Shown: in pieces, positions 52,417 through 64,000 of the stretch
Numbering within the stretch: the first letter of the stretch is position 1
Layout of the letters: each line of letters starts with the position of its first letter
Origin: Balanoglossus misakiensis
Taxonomy: Eukaryota > Animalia > Hemichordata
DNA: 64,000 nucleotides
Assembly (NCBI GenBank): GCA_040954595.2
Contig: CM082576.2
Location: forward strand, 3,446,760 to 3,510,759
Direction of reading: 5' to 3'
The notes under the pieces: model-generated
Told to the model about the DNA's origin: nothing
Database searches by the model: none
The model's input: only the letters and a program-made list of their open reading frames with translations
Program-made: the position numbers and the translations under genes

Positions 52417-53230
52417 TTCAAAAGCAAACAATGCTCGCCTAATGCTTTCCCGTTTGCAACACTTGATCGCTACTTAACTAGCAGTAGAAAGACAACAGGC
52501 GGACACGATCAGCTACGTCAAGTACAGAAACACTGTGTTTCGCAAAAGCTTATGAAGGCCGCCATGTTTATTCCCGTCTACCACTAGGACAAATGGGTTT
52601 CCCCATTACAGCAAAGGGGTGACCGTTATGTATTCTCCTTATGCTGCATCATATTCTTCCAATTTCCAATTGCATTTCTGACATTTAATTGTTGATTGTA
52701 ACGTCAATTTTAGTAAAACATACCAATAATTTAACTAGAGTTTATTTTTATTTGGTGGGAAGAACACACCCACTCCCTTTCTTGACCTCTTGAATGAGAT
52801 GATTCTTTGCAACCTTTTGTTGACCTTGTCTAAGCTCGACCAGTGCTTACTAGGCACGCATACACGTGCACACGGCAAGGTGAGGGAAACAAGTCCTGTT
52901 TACTCGAGCACTGACCCCTCAAAATAGCAGTGGGATTCTGTGGTGTTATATTGTAGTCAGCTTGGCATAAAAAAAGAGCAATTCCAGCTGCTGCCGTACT
53001 ACGCGTTGCATTTTTCTCTTTCGATCAAGACTGAGAGAACAGTCATCACTCGGAGTCGGAGGAGCACTGTGCAGTTGAAGGGCGGTGCTCCAACTTCTAC
53101 TTTTTGACAGGGGGCAGCGAGTGAGTAAACGTTCGGCCGAAAGAAAGACGTGTGTGTGCGTGTACACGTATTCACTGGGACAGAGTCGAGTGAACTCCGC
53201 AGAAGAGCAAGCGAGCGATATACACAAGGT
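52417..53230. promoter_or_regulatory. Head-to-head TAF6L/PC promoter region with candidate non-coding first exons of PC
   Basis: TAF6L ATG at 52416 (-). Plus-strand donors AAG/gtgagg at 52880 and AAG/gtaaaa at 53229 could splice to the PC acceptor at 57925. CpG-enriched; YY1-like AAACATGGCGGC on the minus strand at 52558-52569. Confidence 0.55.
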
Positions 53231-53907
53231 AAAACTAGAGAGAGAGAGCGTGATGATGTTCAGTGATGATGGTGAACCCCAAATATGGTGAGAGTGCCAC
53301 GCGTACAAGTGAGAGTGAATTGTTTCGTAAGCGGGACCCTATGTCTTAAAACTCGAACCCAAACCTCAACAATGTAATCACTCATTAAGAAATTGATGGC
53401 CTGTAAATGACGTGACAAGGACCCTGGATCGTGCGTATTTTAACGTTTTGGACCCCTTTCGTCAATTTACACGTAACTGAGTTCATAGGGTTGCGATAGT
53501 AACGGACCAAAATAAGATGCGGAATACAGTTTTGAGACTTGAATAGCGTTTATCTAGTCAGCAAATGACATATCTAATTGGGCAGTATACTGGTTGGTTA
53601 TACTTTAAAATAGTGAGATTTCCCGAGTTCTGAACGTCAAGTCTTGACGATATGAGCGGTTCATTCCTGGGGGAGGGCTGTACAGGTCATTGATTGGATG
53701 TGCATTGCACTTTCACCTTTGCCTTTTGCTGGGAGACAGCAAACTATTCTGAAATGCAAGTGCGTAGTTCAACAAGCACTTTTTTATGTTCCACGATTCT
53801 AAATAGGCCAACTAACTAAATCATGACCTGATTGCATATCATTTGCTCTGGGTATACAGTTGAAATACATGTATTTTGATATAGTTTTAGTTTTACATCA
53901 CTTTTTC

Positions 53908-53953
53908 CTGCATTTTGTAGAGGGGGTTATGATGCCCCCTCTACAAAATGCAG
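53908..53953. repeat. Perfect 19-bp inverted repeat with 8-nt loop
   Basis: CTGCATTTTGTAGAGGGGG-ttatgatg-CCCCCTCTACAAAATGCAG. Confidence 0.9.
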
Positions 53954-56900
53954 AAATAACTACCATCCTTGATTCTTTAATTTTTAACCAGAAAATGTGA
54001 AATGTTGCTACGGAGATGCGAGCCTTATTTGACAATTACGTGTCAGTTATGATAATTAAAGCAGCCTGAATAGCTTGCTTTGTGAAAGTCTGAAAAGTAA
54101 TGATTATGACTTATGTGAACTAAATGTAACCCATTTTTCTAAGGCAAATAGGAAAAAAAGCAGGAGCTGCAATATGCACATATATAGTTTATTTTGCAAG
54201 AGCTGACATTTTGAAGGTCAGGTGTGACACACTGTGTACAAAGCACAAGTGGTGGATAAATGACGTGTAACTTCAGAAATAACTCCCACCTTTTTTTCAA
54301 CTCTTGGAAATTTGCCAAGAACTGATTTAACATGAAATGTGATATCAGCATATTTTTAGCTTTTGAGTGCTTCTTCTCAAGTCAAATTGTATGGAAATTT
54401 GAAATAATCAACAGAATACTGATAATGTGGACGCTTATCAGATATTGTGAATTTATGACCGTGAGCTGAAATGTGATTTGTTGTCTGAGTGGACACACCC
54501 CCAACATGCCTTTGTTATTGCCCAAATCTGCACTGGCAATTGAATAGGGTGTCAAACACGTACCCTGCCAGAAAAAGCAGACCCATTTGGGTCAGAATTT
54601 ATTATGGTCAGTGATGTAAATATGTAACGGGTGGGCAAGAGGAACTTTCGGCTGGTGAAGGCACATAAATTTGCTTATGTTTCTACGTCCCAAAATTAAT
54701 AGTTTCTCTCTGATCAGTCATTAACATCACACAAGGATTAATAATTAATGAATGACACAGTTGCATTTATTAGTCACATGATCTCTTGTACTGGTGTACT
54801 TGTTCCATAGGTTGACCTAAATATCAGAAATTTTCACACTATCGGTAATATACATGTACAGTACACGTATTGATTAAGATTATTAGTGTGCTGTCTTCAC
54901 AAATATAATGACAGTATAACAGATCAACATTTTTGAATATTTGTATTTGTTTTTTTTTCAAAGTCCAACCAGTTATTGTATTAAACAGCTTGTTGTGCCA
55001 TGTGTTCTGTTACCATGATATATATGCATTTTGCAAATGCGCTGATATGGTTGCTATGGTGATATGCCATCTTCACACTGCAACTATTTGCAACATCTGC
55101 ATCACGGTAGCGCTGTCCAAACTGGTCTGTATATAAAATGTGGTCTGATCCAGGGTATGGTAATTGCCTGATAGTCTGTTAGCTTTGAAGGTCACCTTTT
55201 GATATAGATTTCAAAATAAAAGGCTGGGGCCAATGTCCTTGTGGCAAATCCTCATAGAGCAGACTTCAACATAAATGCTGCACCAGAGATTGGGTATACA
55301 TGTATTTTGCCAGCTAAGGTTCAACAGACATGTAGTTCAGTTTTTTCTTTGCTTTTAACAATGTGACGTTACATCTTTTGCGTGTACCTCCCCACATTCG
55401 CGCTGAAGGCATTACACTTTAACCTTTATCCCTGACTGGTAAGAGTTCAGTCAGACACTTTCTGTTGCATTGCATGTCCACACATGATTGCAGTCTTTGT
55501 TGCGATCAAGGTGAATACATCTCCGTGATGATGTTTATTTGTAAGCTGCATCTGATATAAGTGAATCAGAAATTTCAGTTTAGGAATAGGGGTTTCCATG
55601 TACAGTGGCATGTGTAGGTTGGGAAGAAAGGGTAAATCAGGTTTTGAAACAAAGGAATGTCACTTGAGACAACATCGCAAACTAAGGCCATAAGTTATAT
55701 CGTTTTAGATATCATAACTATAAAGATATGTTGCATTCGTTGCTTGTCTAAGGGTAGAAAACTAAACATAAAATAGCTGGTTTATTGCTTGTTGCATTCA
55801 TTATCACGCATACCACGACATAAATCAATATTTCTATATTTGATCAGTGGAGGAGAAATTCTTGTAATGATAAAACAGTCGTCATGCCCATATAACCATG
55901 TAATTACCCAGCCTAATGGGTTTTAATTGGTATAGGAAATATAATGTGTTATTGATCGTATGTAGTTTAAAATTACTTAATATGGCACAGTGTCCATTGA
56001 TGTTTATATTTGGCTAATAGTGTGGGCTTAAATTAATCTAATTTAATTAGGCATCGTGTTAAAGTTATCTTTCAGTGGAATTTCAGTGCAACAGACTACA
56101 TTTTCTTGAGAGTTAAATTCAAGCATTAGATTCTACTTGCAATGTTAGGTACTGAGATAAACACTATATTGAAGTTACCTATATAGCTGTACAAAGCCAT
56201 ACTTTCTGTTTGTTTCCATATTTATTTTTCTATTGACCTTCAATACTACCAGCAACATGTACACCATTTCTCACTGGGTGTTTTGTCTAGCAAATACTTG
56301 AAATGATTACGGAAGCAGGCAGACAGCTTATCTTTATATCAGATCAGTTGCGTTGTCATGGTTTCTATCGCCGGGACATATTTTAGCAATGAGCAGTGCA
56401 AGTCAAGGGGAAAAAAAGAGAAAGTGATTATCCACAGCACAGGCATGGTTTTTACTATGCGTTTCTCAACAGACAGAATTGTTGTCTTTACTTTTTTAAA
56501 AAGAGTCACGCCATGTGACATCAGACTAAAGTCAAGTGTGCTCTAGTTAATGCTGTGAGATTTAGGTCAGTAGGAATATTGGGGTCACCATTGTGATATG
56601 ATATCTCTTGGGCATTTTGACTCTCTCACCTGTAATTTTTTCCAGATCTGTTTATAAATTGATCATCTTTAATTCTGCTATATAGTGTCTTACTGTAAGT
56701 ACTGGCTTTAATAAAAATTCTGAAAATTAAGAATTTTGTTGTAAAATGACAAAAGAATATATATTAGTACACTGAAACAGGAACTGAGCTGGTTTTTTTT
56801 AGAAACAAAATACCTTCATGGCAGATTCAAACATTATTTCAAGCATATACATACAAGAGACTGTTTGTATTTGAAAATCCTATAGTATCACGTCGCCATG

Positions 56901-58022
56901 GTATACGAGACTGCTCCCGCAACTCACAAATGGTATGCATTGTGTGTCTCAACACATTACACCATGCCTTCTAACACACAAAGCTTAGTGTGATAAAGAA
57001 AATCACCACTGCATTATAAATCTGATTGCATTGTGGATGTGGATTCATTTTTATGTCATAAAAACACCAAAGATTACCCACTTCTTATGAATTCTGTTTC
57101 ATTTTATTTTTCAATAAATTATTGATGGGCTCAGTTCATGCAGTTTAATATGTAATCATAGTTTACTTTGTTGTACATGTATATACAATATATGCTCAAG
57201 GATGCCTTCTTGGGCAAAGTCATTGTTTGTGGGAATGTTAGAATAAGCTAGTCCCTTCCAGCCGGTCTGAGGTCAGCAAATATATTTTAGGAAACAGGAA
57301 GTAGAGTTGATAGGTTAGATTGTATCGCTGCAGAATTATAAGCTGTCGTCTTGAAGCAGCATACCGGTATTTATCTAGCCGCACACATGGTGTTTTGTCC
57401 TTGAGACAGGACATATAGGGCATCCATGTACACGGTCAAATATTCGTCATGAAAACTGTGTCGATTAAATGTTAATGTCTCAATGGAAGTTAATGTTTTA
57501 TGGCCGAAGTGTTAACGAAAGTTGTCGTTATTGGAGAAAATCACACATCCCATCCCATCCCAGTGATGGCTTCAAAATCGAAGGATGGTAGTGTTAGATT
57601 CAATTCCAGACACGGCTTGGCAGAATGATCTCCTTCAGCAATGCACTTTACTTCTCACTCTCTTCCCCACCCACGCAGGAGTAACACGGCGGGTAATGGA
57701 GATCTGGTTTATGTGATACTGGTGATTTTTTTTTATTTGAAGTGGTAAAATAATTCAGCTCAGTATCAATCTGTTACATAATCTATTGTCTAAAATACCA
57801 GATATTGGAAAAAATGAGTTTATGCTAATTTAGGGGGTTTGTCAACAAATGTTAAAGAGATGGTAGTCTCCTCAGCACGTGATCATCACCGACATTCAAA
57901 TTCTCTCTCTCTCTCTTCCTACAGACATCTCCAGTCATCTTTGATACAGCATTCCACCACCGTCAACTCATCAGTTTGCGAAGGATTATCTCTGACGAGA
58001 ATCCCATCACATATCATCAGCC

Positions 58023-64000
<5,978 letters not shown>

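Overview
This is AT-rich, intron-rich eukaryotic genomic DNA from an invertebrate animal. Gene content and repeat style suggest a marine bilaterian, but the taxon cannot be fixed from the sequence alone. Four spliced protein-coding genes were rebuilt by hand from GT-AG sites and reading-frame phase. (1) The 3' part of a TALPID3/KIAA0586 centriole/ciliogenesis gene (+, 18 exons, 13495-33446; the 5' exons are not found in the window, which opens with at least 13.5 kb of apparent intron). (2) A complete 4-exon MAP1LC3C-type ATG8 gene (-, 41465-44058) whose ORF ends directly on the lipidation glycine. (3) A complete 10-exon TAF6L (-, 47689-52416). (4) The 5' two-thirds of pyruvate carboxylase (+, 58023 to the window end), head-to-head with TAF6L. 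Non-coding features include a PIF/Harbinger-type MITE, a Tc1/mariner-type MITE, a 102-bp foldback element with an 8-bp target-site duplication in LC3C intron 1, local tandem duplications, three perfect CRE sites upstream of LC3C and many RFX X-box-like palindromes. No rRNA, tRNA or CRISPR array was seen. Most short ORFs in the track are spurious. I found no clear-cut novel biological system; the findings are leads on regulation, splicing and genome evolution.
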